From Octopus vulgaris (Eukaryota), in contig OX597815.1 in NCBI GenBank assembly GCA_951406725.2, positions 118,668,001 through 118,732,000 on the forward strand: 64,000 bases of DNA, read 5' to 3'. Below the pieces are notes generated by a model. That model saw only the letters and a list, made by a program, of their open reading frames with translations, searched no databases and had not been told where the DNA came from. Position numbers and translations under genes: made by a program. Below, piece by piece: positions 25,380 to 38,385 of the stretch. The stretch's first letter is position 1. Each line of letters begins with the position of its first letter.

Positions 25380-26180
25380 AGTGTTAAGGTATAGAAAAGG
25401 GATGAGATGTAATCTGCAAGAGAGAAGATTGTGCTGGTCTGGTCATCTGATGCATATCAATAAGGATCGCTGCATAAAGAGGCGTTGGTCATTTAAAGTG
25501 GATGAAACTTATAGGGGAGAAAAGACCAGGAAGATTTGACACAAAGTAGTGAAGGTGAATCTCAAGATGCTGAGTCTCCTGTAGATGATGAAGAACCAAG
25601 GTGACTGGTGATTCACCTTGCAAGACAAGACCCATCTATCACAGCAATAATATTGTCCAAAAAGCATTCTGTGTATGCATGTAACTCCATTCTGCTCTTT
25701 CAAGCATTCCTCCATATGGCATTCCCCTAGCAACCAACCCTCCATCCCCTCCTTACCATGGCACTACTCCATGGCTGTAATCGCATGAGAGCAGAATCAA
25801 CACATATTAATCCTCCTCCCTTTGCTCAACCAACTACCTCTTCCCCACCTTTTGGAACCTTCTGTCTTTTATTCTCATTATCCTTCCTTTCCTTCTCACA
25901 CTATTCTCATCAATCACATCATTTCTGTCTTCAGATATCTCTCTCCTCTGCCATATTCCACCTTAACACCTCATATATCTGTTAATCAGTCTCAACAGCT
26001 TCTTATATCCACCACCCCTGTCATGTCAAAATCACAGTAACCACCGGTATGTATGCCCACATTCCCCTCTCCCTTGTTCCTATGTCTCACATATCATCCT
26101 CTTATCCTCTGATCTATTCTCTTTCTTGAGCCACTGCTTTCTCTCTCACCTTACCCCTTTACAATGCTGTCATTTCCCAT
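25380..26180 (+). mobile_element. Degenerate RTE LINE 3' end with pyrimidine-rich 3'UTR
   Basis: Decayed RTE C-terminus followed by a C/T-rich UTR similar to 38950-39930. Confidence 0.55.
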
Positions 26181-26189
26181 CAACCACAT

Positions 26190-26689
26190 CTGATGGGCTG
26201 TGAGCAAAACATAAACTCAGATAAATATGTGTCCATATTGCAAAAAGGTCTCCTTCTAATCTTCTCCAGTGGTGAAATGATTAAAGAAGACTTTACTAAT
26301 GGAAGAGGGGACTCCTTGTCACATGACTAAAATGACCCAAGATTTGTTGGATGAAAATGGCCTTAGAAAACTTCCATGGCCAAGCCAGTCACCAGATATG
26401 AACTCTATTGAACACCTCTGGGATATAATGGACAGAACACTTCATAAAAAGAACAAAAAAGCATCTTCAAAGCCAAATCTTTTTGAAGCTTGTTAAGAAA
26501 TTTCGCAAGAGAATATTCACCATGTGATCAGTAACATGCCTAATAGGATCCTTGCATTGAAAAATGCAAAGAGCATGTCTACTAAATATATAATATTCAC
26601 ATTGTAACAATCAATAATTAATTTGAATGTATAATTTCAGATTTAACTAAATCTTAATGATTATTAGGGTGTCTATTTACTTTGTCATG

Positions 26690-26696
<7 letters not shown>
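26190..26696 (+). pseudogene. Tc1 (DD34E) transposase C-terminal remnant
   Basis: GTPCH...LPWPSQSPDMNSIEHLWDIM...MPNRILALKNAKSMSTKY*. Confidence 0.88.
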
Positions 26697-26749
<53 letters not shown>

Positions 26750-26751
<2 letters not shown>

Positions 26752-27029
26752 CTACTATTTTAACCCCAGGCGGATTCTCCACCAGCTGGTTTTTGGTGCA
26801 AGCTCTGCACCCTTTAAGTGTAATACATTGCTAACAGGGGGAGTGAACCCTTACTACCCTCTAGCAGCTGATAGGATTGCAGGACCGGCCGGTTTTGAGC
26901 AATTCTATCTGCTGTTAGAGGGTAGTATGAGTTTGCTTCCCCTGCTAGCAATGTAGAGTACATAAGGGGTGCAGAGCTTGCACCGAAAACCAGCTGGTGG
27001 AGAATCCGCCTGGGGTTAAACTAGTAGTA
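26750..27029. repeat. 280-bp imperfect palindrome
   Basis: Two ~140-bp arms centred on ACCGGCCGGT (~26888); GC-richer than the flanks and adjacent to (TA)n. Confidence 0.95.
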
Positions 27030-27284
27030 ATTTTCATCTGCCACTTTGATGTGGCTACTTGCTTTACTATACATATATATATATATATGCAAATATAATA
27101 TGCGACAACTATTCAGTATATTATGTGACAATAACTCAAGAGTTTTATCATAGCTACTGAATAATTGTCACATATTATATTTACAGATAAATTCCTCTAT
27201 TTACATAATATCGAGGTCTCCTTCATTCTTTTGTTGTCATGCCATTTCTATCAATACATACATATATGTATATATATATATATT

Positions 27285-27507
27285 ATTCTTTTATTTGTTT
27301 CAGTCATTTGACTATGACCATGCAGGACCACCGCCTTTAGTTGAGCAAATTGACCCCAGAACTTATTCTTTGCAAGCATAGTACTTATTCTATCAGTCAC
27401 TTTTGCCAAACTACTAAGTTACAGGGATGTAAATACACCAGCATTGGTTGTCAGGTGATGCAGGAGGTAGGAGACAAACACTGGCACATACACATGTATA
27501 TACATAT

Positions 27508-27547
<40 letters not shown>

Positions 27548-27708
27548 ATGACAGGCTCCTTTCAGTTTCCGTCTACCAAATCTACTCACAAGGCTTTGGT
27601 TGGCCTGAGGCTATGGTAGAAAACATTTGCCCAAGATACCAAGCAATGGGACTGAACCCGGAGTCATGTGGCTGGTAAGCAAGCTACTTACCACACAGCC
27701 ACTCCTGC
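27285..27708 (-). mobile_element. SINE family A, full length
   Basis: Homologous to other copies; CpG-depleted. Confidence 0.88.
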
Positions 27709-27985
27709 ATACAGAAAATTCAGAAAAGCATATGAATTGGCCTCTGTAGTAGCAGCATTAGGATAAGACCTGGGAGAGGTTATATGTGTTGAAGGATGTA
27801 GGTGAGTAATCAATGAATATGATCTTTTACCTCTTACTTGTTTCAGTTATTGGACTACAGCCATGCTGGAGCATCTTTTAAAGTGTCTAGTTGAACAAAT
27901 TGACCTCAGTTCTATATTTAAGAGGTGAGGAATTATGTACATTATTTACATTATTGATGGATATTTGTCCTCATCTTGTTTGTTG

Positions 27986-28030
27986 TTAACACGTTTCGGT
28001 TGATATACTCTCCAGCCTTCATCAGGTGTC
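27986..28030 (-). ncRNA. Degenerate minimal type-I hammerhead ribozyme motif
   Basis: ACAC-CUGAUGA-AGGCUG[10 nt]CAACC-GAAAC-GUGUU; stem II has one mismatch and the stem III/cleavage triplet is shortened. Confidence 0.55.
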
Positions 28031-28094
28031 TTGGGGAAATTTCAAACCTAGGTTCTCATTCCTAAGGTATATTTCAATGTTGTTGTTGTTGTTG

Positions 28095-28148
<54 letters not shown>

Positions 28149-28149
<1 letters not shown>

Positions 28150-31100
28150 TTTTTTTTTTCTTCTTTCAAATTTGCTTCCATTTCTTGCCGAGTGTCTTCC
28201 CGACTCCTAGGGCAAAGAAACTCATAGTATACATTGGTAGGCCATTAAACCAAACTCAATAGTTCGTTCATTTTTTTTTTTTTTTTTTAAGTTAAATTAA
28301 AATACATGAGCAGCAACAGTTTTCACATCGACAATGCTCTTCTCAATACGTGTGATGTACCAGTTAAGACAATCTTTTGCACTTCTTGCAGGGATGGTAA
28401 GCCAGGGATCATTCTCATATAATTTTCGGTTCCCTTCTTGATCATTCCTAGTGCTCCTATGATCACTGGTATTGTAACCGCCTTGAGATGCCACATTTTC
28501 TCAATTTCAATGAGTAGGTCTTTATATTTTCTGAGCTTGTCAAACTCTTTCGCTGAGATATTATGATCACAGGGGATGCTCATGTCGATCAATAAGCAAA
28601 CTTTATTGTTTTGGTCTTTCACAACAATATCTGGTTTATTGGCCTTGATGGTTCGGTCTGTATGTACTGGAAAGTCCCACAGAATGGTTACATTTTCTCC
28701 TTCAGTTACAGCCTCAGGGTGGTGATTATACCACTTGTCGGCAGTTTTGATATTGTAATGCCGACTTATTAGCCAGTGTAGATATTGGCCAACTCTGTCA
28801 TGTCTTAATTTATACTCCACTGGTGCTAAGACTTTACATCCAGAGATTAGATGGTCCACTGTTTCAATCATGTCGTTGCAGAATCGGCATTTTGGGTCTG
28901 CTCCATTTTTCATCACATTGGCCTGGTAGTTCCGGGTTAATAGGCTTTGATCTTGAGCAGCCAGGATGAAACCTTCGCTCTCTGCTTTTAGCCCTGAGCT
29001 CCGTAGCCACTGATGGGTTTGCTTCTGGTCAACATCAGCTTGTTTGCTGCGGGTCACATATTTGCCGTGCAGAGGTTTCTCCTCCCACCTATCAGCCAAT
29101 TGCTCGTGCGCTTTTTTCGTTGCCATCATTTTCACCTTCTTTGCAACAATAGTTGCCGTACTTCCCTCGGGTTGTTCAGTTTGGGTATCCTGCATGAGAT
29201 CAATAGCAAATTTTTTGCTTTCCTTTATGATAGAATGAAGCTTCTTTCGTCTCTCGTGATTTTCCACGAGCTTTAGCATCCAGTCATTCGATATTTCGAG
29301 ATATTTGGCCAGTCCAATTGTGGTTGTTTTGTAAGCTAGTTCAAATTGGATCAGGCCTCGACCTCCTTGGGCTCTGGGAAGGTAAAGGCGATCTACGTCT
29401 GCCTTTGGGTGGTGCATCCTATTACAACTCAGCAGCTTGCGTACTTTCCTATCTATATTCTTTACTTCACTCATATTCCAGTTCAACACATTGTAGCTAT
29501 AAGTAACAACTGGAACTGCTAAGGAATTTATAGCTAACACCTTGTTACGTGCATTTAGTTCAGATTTCAGGACTGCACGAACTCTCCTATAACATTCCTT
29601 CCTGATCTTCTCTTTCATGCTTGCATGCTGAATACCAGAGCCTTCATTTATCCCTAAATATTTGTATGTTTGTTCTTGCTCAAGCTCTCTTATGACTGTG
29701 TCAACATCTAACACGACCGAATTTGTGGTCTTCACTTTCCCTTTCTGGAAAGTGGCCTTGGCACACTTCTCAAGTCCAAACTCCATCCCGATGTCATCGC
29801 TGAATGCTTTCACGGTGCGCAATAGGCCTTCAAGTTCATTATTGTCTTTACCATAAAGTTTTAAGTCATCCATATAAAATAGATGGCTTATTTTTTTATT
29901 GGCAATTTTATACCCATACCCTGTTCTGTTTAATTCACTTGTAAGGGGTATTAGGGCTATGCAGAATATTAAAGGTGAAAGTGAGTCACCTTGAAAAATT
30001 CCACAGTTGATGTTTATATTTTCTGAGGCAAGTACTCCATTAGAGTGGTATAATTGGAGATTCGTATTCCACAACGACATATTGTGCTTCAGGAAGTTTG
30101 AAATCACAGGGGAAATTTTGAAGATGTCCAGCGATCTCAAGATCCATGGATGCGGTATACTGTCGAAGGCCTTTTTATAGTCAATCCATGCGGTGCTGAG
30201 ATTTCTGCGCTTGTTGTGACAGTTCTCAAGGATCATACGATTGATTAGCAGTTGATCTTTGCATCCGTAAGAGCCTCGGCGGCACCCTTTTTGTTCGATG
30301 GGGAAAATATCGTTCTTCTCCATGAATGCATATGTTTTCTCCGCCAGGATAGATGTTAGGATTTTATACGTGGTGGATAGACAGGTTATAGGCCGATAGT
30401 TTTTTGGAAGGTTGGTTTCGTTATTCTTTGGGAGTAGGCAAGTAATGCCACTTGCTAACCATTCTGGTGTTTTCTTTGGGTCTCTCATAATTCCATTGAG
30501 CAGCTGAACTAGCTTACGTGTGCGCATGGGAGCGATGCGAGCCAGAAATTCGGCACCCTATCTTTACCGGGGGATTTCCAATTATGGGCCTTCGTGAGTG
30601 CCTTTCTTAGGTCTGCTATTGTGATGTCTTCCCATGCTTGTTGTTGTAAATTTTGGTAGGATCCTTCAGTTTGTATAATCCAGTCTGCATTTATGTTGTA
30701 CATCTTCTTGTCACTCCAAATTCTTTTCCAAAAGTTTTGAACTTCTTCCATGGGAGGGGGTCTTTAACGGTTACTTTCTCCTTCCCTATTTCTCTGTAGA
30801 ATTTTTTGGCATTGGATGTGAACAGCTTATTTTGCTTGTAAAACTTGTTTCTCTTCTCAAATCTTCGTATTCTTTGGGCTTTTGCTTGGACTTTTTGTTT
30901 CAGCGTTTCTTTTATTGATATCAGTTCTTCTCTTGGTGAGGATCCAAATTTTCTCTTCATCTTTCTTCCTGTTCTGGATCTTACATCATTTCCACATATT
31001 AGTTCATTTAATATTGATATTTCCCTCTCATAAATTCAATCCCTTTTTCAATTTTACTTCTCCAGGTTTGATTTCTTCCCAGATTTTGTTTTCTTTGTTT

Positions 31101-32083
31101 TTTCGGGGGCATACAGCTGGTTTCAATTGCCCTAGCAGAAGCGTAAATAATTTCATTTAACTCAGTAAAATCAGGTTTTAATTCTCGTATTATTTCATTT
31201 GTTACATAGTTGCCAATTTGGATTTGTTTTTTATTTTGGTTTGTATTTGAGAGTTTATGAAGTGGTTCTCTATCATTCATACTTGTATGTCTTACAACTT
31301 CAAGCGTATTCAGGATTTTCTGCCTCATTTCTGCCATAGACTCTCTGTGTTCTTCAGCAAATGCGAGATCTTCAGTTACTGTTGTTTTTTCGTTTTCCTG
31401 GCTATCTTTAACAGGTACAATATAATTTCTTGTATCTTCAGGCCTTTGCGTACTTTGGTCAGATGGCAGTCTTTCAATTAAGCCTCGTGGCGGGCTATAC
31501 TGTTCATCTGATTCTTCATTTCCTTTGTGTCTTATATTTATGTAATTTTCCGTTGCGTGCTTGATCGCGCTTATTTCACTGTCTGTGAGTCTGTTATTTC
31601 TAAGGATATCCCTCCTCACATTTGCTAATTTGTTCTCGTCCAAATAGGGCCTACTGTCTTGATTCCATGTTCTCCATATACTGTAAGAGTTTGCGGTGTG
31701 TCTCTCTTGAGATGGCCTACCTAATGCATAGTAATAAGCGTATATTACTTCTTTATACTCTTCTCGGGTCCATTTGTTCCGCTTACATTTTTCTTTTCTT
31801 TCTGTGGTGGTTGTGGTGGTGAACTTGGAGGGCTCGAGTTGGGGGATTTCCCGTTCAAGTGACCATCCATGTCCGTATTCGGAGAAGAGTTTGTGCCAGT
31901 TGATGACTTTTCGATCCCAGGCTGACTCTTCCCTGGGGGACGCGCTTCCAGATTAACCATAGGACAAGCGATTTGGTATACTGATTTAGTTTTCCTTTTA
32001 GTTTCCAAAAACTGGCTCGTGGGGAGACGGCCATCATTGCCGTTACAATTATAATCGTACCATTATAGCAGCCGTAGTCGGCT
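28149..32083 (-). mobile_element. Full-length R4/Dong-clade RLE non-LTR retrotransposon
   Basis: One long ORF broken by ~4 frameshifts: Myb-like KWTREEYKEVIYAYY..LANVRRDI, RT, CCHC, RHD, PD..D endonuclease. A-rich 3' end runs into (TAA)n; 5' end also abuts AATAATAA. Confidence 0.93.
28323..30527 (-). pseudogene. R4/Dong ORF C-terminal 734 aa (RT, CCHC knuckle, restriction-like endonuclease)
   Basis: NYRPITCL, IDYKKAFDSIPH, GIFQGDSLSP, YMDDLKLY, YKYLG, CRFC..ETVDHLISGC, RHD, KPDIVV..LIDMSIP..K..KY; uninterrupted in this segment. Confidence 0.95.
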
Positions 32084-33807
32084 TATTATTGTTATCATCA
32101 CCATTACTATCACTATCATCATTATCACCACCATCACCATCATCGTTATCATCATCACCATCACCATCACCACCATCATCATCAATGATATTGTTTTATG
32201 TGTAGTCACAGCAGTATCTTATTATTGTTATTTTTGTTTTTTTTATCATTATCACCATCACAGTAGTGTCTGTCTGTCTTGTTGGCTGGCTTGGTGGTTG
32301 GCTGGCTGACTGTCTTCAATGCCAGAGTTCTTGCCTGTCAAATAATACTTTCATATTTGGTTAACAATAGAGCAGAGGTGAGGTTTGTGTTGGTTGAACT
32401 CTTTGAGTGTGTGTGTGTGTGTAGATAGATAGATAGATTATCAGCACTATTACTATCATTATTATCATCATCACCATCAGTGATATTTTTTTTTTTTTTT
32501 TTTTTTTTTAGGTGGGGTCCTATCGGTCAAAAAAAGTTCAGATGTTTACTACTATTAGGCTTAAGAAAAATTAAGGAAGGGAATGTTCTGTATTGTTTGT
32601 GAATAGAGAAGAATCTTAGCATCATCATTTTTTTTTCCATGTGCGTTTGTGTTATTGCAATAAAAAGTGTTTGTATATTTCCTGTAAGGTAATATTGTGG
32701 AGGTTGAAGTTGACTTTTCTAGAGATGTTTGTATGTCCAGTTAGAAGAACAGGTGTGTTTTTACAATAAAAAGTATATGTTTACATTTATATTTGAATAT
32801 TCAGGGAGGAAGCAAAGAAAAGTCAGATTTTCATAGAAAGTTTTAGGGTTTTGCAAGTCCACAAAAAAAAAAAAAAAAATTATTATTATTCAGGTCACTG
32901 TCTGGAATCGAAGTCGGCATCTTGGGGTTAGTAGCCCATGCTCTTAACCACTACACCATATGCCTGTGGGCAAATGTAAATAATGTAAATAATGTAAATT
33001 GACCCCAGTTCTTATTTTCTGAGTTTGATACTTATTCTATCAGTCTCTTTTCCCAATCTGCTACATTACAGGAATGTAAACAAACTCACACTGGCTGTCA
33101 AGTGGTGGTAGTGCAAAACAAACACACAGACACAAACACAGGCATGTGTATCTATACATACAATGGGCTTTTACTCAGTTACCATCTAACAAATTCATTA
33201 ACAAGGCATTGGTTGGCCCAGGGCTACAGTAGAAGATGCTTGCCCAAGGTGCCACACAGTGGGACTGAACCTGAAACTAAGTGGGTACAAAGTGAGCGTC
33301 TTAACCACACAGCTATGTCTAAGCCTATAGATGTTAATAAATTTAATTCTCTTCTAATGAAAAGTTCAGCAGTAAGATCAAGGACTGGTCCCTCTTGTCA
33401 CACATTTATTTAGATATCTAAGATATCCTAATCCATTTCACATCTGTACATGAAAAAATTCTCACTGAATTTCTGGCATTCTTGACAATGTTTCTATGTA
33501 AAATTTTTCAGGAGATTTTAAACAAATGGTTGACATTCTATAGGTTATAATGTACACAACATTTTATCCATTATAAACATAGTTTCAGTATGGGTCACTA
33601 AATTGTTTACTGTCTTGGAATGAGGTGATCTAATTTACAAAATTTAGCATTAAAATTAGCCATAAAATTGTTTATATGTAAAAGTTTATTTTATTGATAA
33701 ATCTGGAAAGCTAATGTGTTGGCACCTGTGCTAAAGTAATAAGCTAAGTGACACTAAATTCTAAGGTGGTTACTTTTAACTATATTAAAGAAGCATCTTC
33801 TACTATA

Positions 33808-33973
33808 GGCGCAGGAGTGGCTGTGTGTAAGTAGCTTGCTTACTAGCCACATGGTTCCAGGTTCAGACCCACTGCGTGGCACCTTGGGCAAGTGTCTTCT
33901 ACTCTAGCCTCGGGCCAACCAAAGTCTTGTGAGTGGATTTGGTAGACAGAAACTGAAAGAAGCCTGTCATATA

Positions 33974-34030
<57 letters not shown>

Positions 34031-34245
34031 ATATGTTTGTGTGTCTGTGATTGTCCACTCAACATCGCTTGACAACCGGTGCTGGTGTGTTTACGTCCCC
34101 ATAACTTAGTGGTTCAGCAAAACAGACTGATAGAATAAATACTAGGCTCACAAAGAATAAGTTCTGGTGTCAATTTGCTTGACTAAAGGCAGTGCTCCAG
34201 CATGGACGCAGTCAAATGACTGAAACAAGTAAAAGAGTAAAAGAA
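33808..34245 (+). mobile_element. SINE family A, full length
   Basis: GGCGCAGGAGTGGCTGTGTG head to AGTAAAAG tail. Further copies at ~47116-47523, 48046-48395(-), 49012-49442, 51140-51843, 57198-57552, 58580-59160(-) and 59600-59815. Confidence 0.92.
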
Positions 34246-35234
34246 TACTCAAGTTGTTGCCAAGAAATTGTTCTTAAAAAAAATATTAAATAATAAATTA
34301 AGTACATTTATCCTCCGGTCCTTTACAAATTAACATATTTTGTGCAATAGATAAAACTTTTATTTGAAATATCAAGAGAAACTAGAATCATAATATTTCC
34401 TTTAAATTATATTTATTTCAGTTTGTAATTTATAACACCACTTTCCTATTTTCCACACTTAAATGTCACACAGTTGCATTCATTGCTTCATATTTCACAG
34501 AAAAACAGTTTGGGGCTAACTTTTGTTCATATCATTCTCCTTTTTGTCACATAACTTCAAAATATGGTCTCCAATAACTTTAGATGTCGTTTGCTATGAT
34601 CTTTTTTAATTAAGTTTGAATGCAACTTTACTTATAATATGAATTTGTTTGAATGTACTATTATTCTGCCACTCCTTTTGGGCTACTATATATTCCTCCC
34701 ATGAATGATATTTCAAAATTGTAAGTCTTTGCCTTAAAATTACAATATCCTGATTGTTTTCATCATCATCATCATTATCATCATCATCATCATTTTGAGT
34801 TCATTTTTCATACTGGCATGGGTTGGACGGTTTCACAGGACCTGGCCAGCTGGAGAGCTGCTCAGACTCCAATTGTCTGCTTTGGCATGCTTTCTATATC
34901 TGGATGCCCTTCTTAATGCCAACTACTTTACAGAGTGCACGGGGTGCTTTTTATCTGGTATTTGCATGGATGCTGTTACGTGGCACCAACACAAGTGGAC
35001 AAAAATCCCTAAACATTCAAAATCTCTGTGTAAAAGTTAGAATCCACATCCCAGCATTCACAAAGGTTGTTGACATATACATACACACATAGATATATAC
35101 TTACAAGTATATATATATATATATGGGGAGAGTTTACGAAAAAAACAACAAAAGACGAAGACAGGTGGTGTACAAAACAAACAGATGTATTAGTATATGG
35201 GGAGAAACTCTCGAGGGGAAAACAGATTCCATTA

Positions 35235-35490
35235 CACTCTAGGGGAAGAAACTAATAGTAGTTGATTGCTTCCGCTACCTAGGTGACCAAGTTAGTAGTC
35301 GGGGTGGATACTCAGAGAGTGTTACCACTAGAATAAGAATAGCCTGGGCAAAATTTAGGAACCTTCTTCCCCTACTGGCAACAAAGGGTCTCTTGCTCAG
35401 AGTGAAAGGTAGATTGTATGATGCATGTGTGCGAACTGCCATGCTTCACAGCAGTGAAAAATGGGCTGTGACTGCAGAGGACGTGTGTAG
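35235..35490 (+). pseudogene. RTE LINE RT C-terminal fragment
   Basis: VVDCFRYLGDQVSS..RIRIAWAKFRNLLPLL..RVKGRLYDACVRTAMLHSSEKW. Confidence 0.88.
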
Positions 35491-36234
35491 GCAATGGCAC
35501 AGAGGCAATGACAGGTGACTGAGACCTTTGGAGATATTCTGTGATTGAAAAAACCCAACAACTAATGTGAGATCGCAGCCATGTATATCAAGCCCAGTTA
35601 AGAGTACCCCTGATGCATCAGGGGCGATATGACATGCTTGAGAAGACCTATTGAGTTAAGTAAGACCAATATCGTAGCTGAGGCCAGTGCCCCCTGATTG
35701 GTTCCTGTGCCGGTGGCAGGTAAAAAGAACCCTCTGAACGTGGCCGATGCCAGTACCCTCTGACTGGCTCCCAATCTGTAGCACATAAAAAGCACTATCT
35801 GAACCTGATTGATGCCAGAACAGGCAGACTGGCTCCTGTGCCAGTGACATGTAAAAAGCACCATCCAAACATGGCCAATGCCAGTACCCCCTTACTGGCT
35901 CCCAGTCTGTGGCATGTAAAAAGCACTATCCGAATGTGATCAATGCCAGACCTGCCTGACTGGCTCCTGTGCTGGTGATATGTAAAAAGTACCTATAATG
36001 CTCTTGGAGTGGTTGTTGTTAGGAAAGGCATCCAGCTGTAGAAACATTGCTAGATCAAACTAGAGCCTGGTGCAGCTGCTGGCTCTCAAGACCTCAGTCA
36101 AACTGTCCAATCCATGCCAGCATGGAAAACGGACATTAAACAATGATGATGATGATGATGATGATGAAATAAATTGTTTATTAACAATAAAAACTGAAAT
36201 AGAATTAAATTAGATTAAAAAAGTATACATACAA

Positions 36235-36283
<49 letters not shown>

Positions 36284-36349
36284 ATTAAAGCAAATAACTT
36301 ATAAGACTGCAAAGAGACTTAATAATCTATTATAAGTAAATTATTATCC

Positions 36350-36726
36350 CTTAAATCTTAAGAAGGTTTTGCAGATTTTTATAGTCCTAGTTATTGCAAT
36401 CATTTGTAGCATTTGAATTTAAGGATTTGTGTTCTGTTCCCAAGATCCCAAGTTCAGCTATAATTTGCTTCAGACAGGCTGATCTATATCCTATTGCTCT
36501 AATAATAATAGGTATGAAGCTGCAAATGTATTATGGGTACTGGATTTGCAAACTCCTCTTCAGTGGTCCATAGATGTCCTCTTTCTCTTGAATTTTTCTA
36601 ACCACATTCATGTCCAAAGGGCAGTTGATTTCCACAACAGTGCATACCTTTCCTTTGTGGTCCCACACAATATCTGGCTGGTTGTGTTTTAACTTGGTGG
36701 CTATATATTTTTTTAAAGTTCTACCA

Positions 36727-36730
<4 letters not shown>
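36350..36730 (-). pseudogene. RLE-type LINE 3' fragment
   Basis: LKHNQPDIVWDHKGKVCTVVEINCPLD..KEDIYGPL; 5'-truncated at a (TACA)n tract. Confidence 0.8.
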
Positions 36731-36757
<27 letters not shown>

Positions 36758-37359
36758 TGTATGTATGTATGTATGTATGTATGTATGTATGTATGTATGT
36801 ATGTATGTATGTATGTATGTATGTATGTATGTATGTATGTGTGTATATATGTAGGTAGGTATGTATGTATGTATGTATGTATGTGTGTGTGTGTATATAT
36901 GTATGTATGTAGGTATGTAGGTAGGTATGTAGGTATGTAGGTAGGTAGGTACTATGAGCTTCTACACAGTTTCTGTCTACCAAATTCCTCTTACAAGACC
37001 ATAGTAGAAACAACACTTGCTCATTGTTCCATGTTGCATGATTGAATGTGAAATCACATGGTTGCAAAGCTAACTGCTTAACCACACAGCCATGCCTGCA
37101 GCAGTATAATCTATTATCTTTTATTTGTTTCCATCATTAGACTGTGACCATGCTGGGGCATCACCTTCAAAAATTTTAGTTAAACAAATCAACATCAATA
37201 CTTATTATTTTCTTGTAAAGCTTGGTACTTATTGTATTAGTCTCTTTTGCCGAACCACTTTGTTATGGAGATATAAATACATCAACACAAATGATCAAAT
37301 GGTGGAGAGAACAAACACACATCGATATATATATGTGTATATATATATAAATATATGAT

Positions 37360-38058
37360 GCAGTTGACAGGGCTGTTAGAGAAAAGAAACTGGCATGGAA
37401 GGACTGGAAGTGTAGTGGTAGCAGGGAACTGCATCAAATTGCCAGAAGGGAAGCAGATAAGAAAAAAAATTTGCCAATGTTCTGCATCATGAAGACCAGA
37501 AACTTGAAGTATTTCATATAGCAAGACAGTGTGTGAGAGAAAATCGTGATGTCATAGGAAAGAAATGAGCACACATGGATGGTGGCTCACTTGCGTTTAA
37601 TGATGCTGCAAAGACAGAGACTTGGAGAGGCCACTATGAAAGGTTGCTAAATGAAGAGAATGAATGGAACAAAGAGAGTCTGTAAATGTTGACCCAACAG
37701 AGGGACCAGCTATCTGAATTGACAGTACCTTGGTAGATAAAGCAATTAAGGGTATGAAGACAGGGAAAGCCCATGGCCCATCAGGAATCACTGCAGAGAT
37801 ACTTAAAATATCTGGTGGTGTCGGCTATAGTCTAGTCACCCATATAGTCAACCAAGTGATACATGAAGGAGTTATACCCAATGACTGGTGTACCAGCACC
37901 ATAGTCAACTGCTGCAAAGGTAAAGGTGACTCATTAGATAGGAATAATTACAGAGGCATCAAATTGTTGGATAAGTTGATGAAAGTCACAGCGGGGGTCA
38001 TAGTTAGTTTAGATGAGATGCAGTTTGGGTTTGTGCCAGGGAGAAGCACCACTGATGC
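37360..38058 (+). pseudogene. RTE LINE ORF fragment (pre-RT linker and RT start)
   Basis: W..HYERLLNEENEW, MKTGKAHGPSGI, IPNDW, KGKGD, NYRGIKLL, QFGFVPGRSTTDA. Confidence 0.9.
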
Positions 38059-38354
38059 TGGTGGCACATAAAAAGCACCCACTGCATGCTTGGAGTGGTT
38101 GGTATTAGGAAGAGCATCCAGCTGTAGAAACCTTGCTAGATCAGATTGGAGCCCAGCGCAGCCTCCCGGCTTGCCGGTCCTCAGTCAAACTGTCCAGCCC
38201 ATGTCTGTGATTAATAATGTCGTGATTAATAATAAATTCTTGTATATTTCATCTTCTGTCTTTCAATTGCTATATATATATATAATTACTATATATATAT
38301 ATATATATACATACATATATATATATATATGTATATATATATGTATGTATATAC

Positions 38355-38385
<31 letters not shown>

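Larger units (their letters stand above)
27907..32999 (-). mobile_element. tRNA-headed, hammerhead-containing SINE-like element split by later insertions
   Basis: tRNA head at 32891-32971, (AAT)n tract, 3' body at 27907-28076; 17-bp flanking duplication AAATTGACCYCAGTTCT at 27897-27913 and 32996-33012. Confidence 0.7.

Noticed and set aside
32891-32971. Functional tRNA-Ser gene
   Set aside because: No proper acceptor stem, a damaged T-arm and no oligo-T terminator; interpreted as a SINE head.
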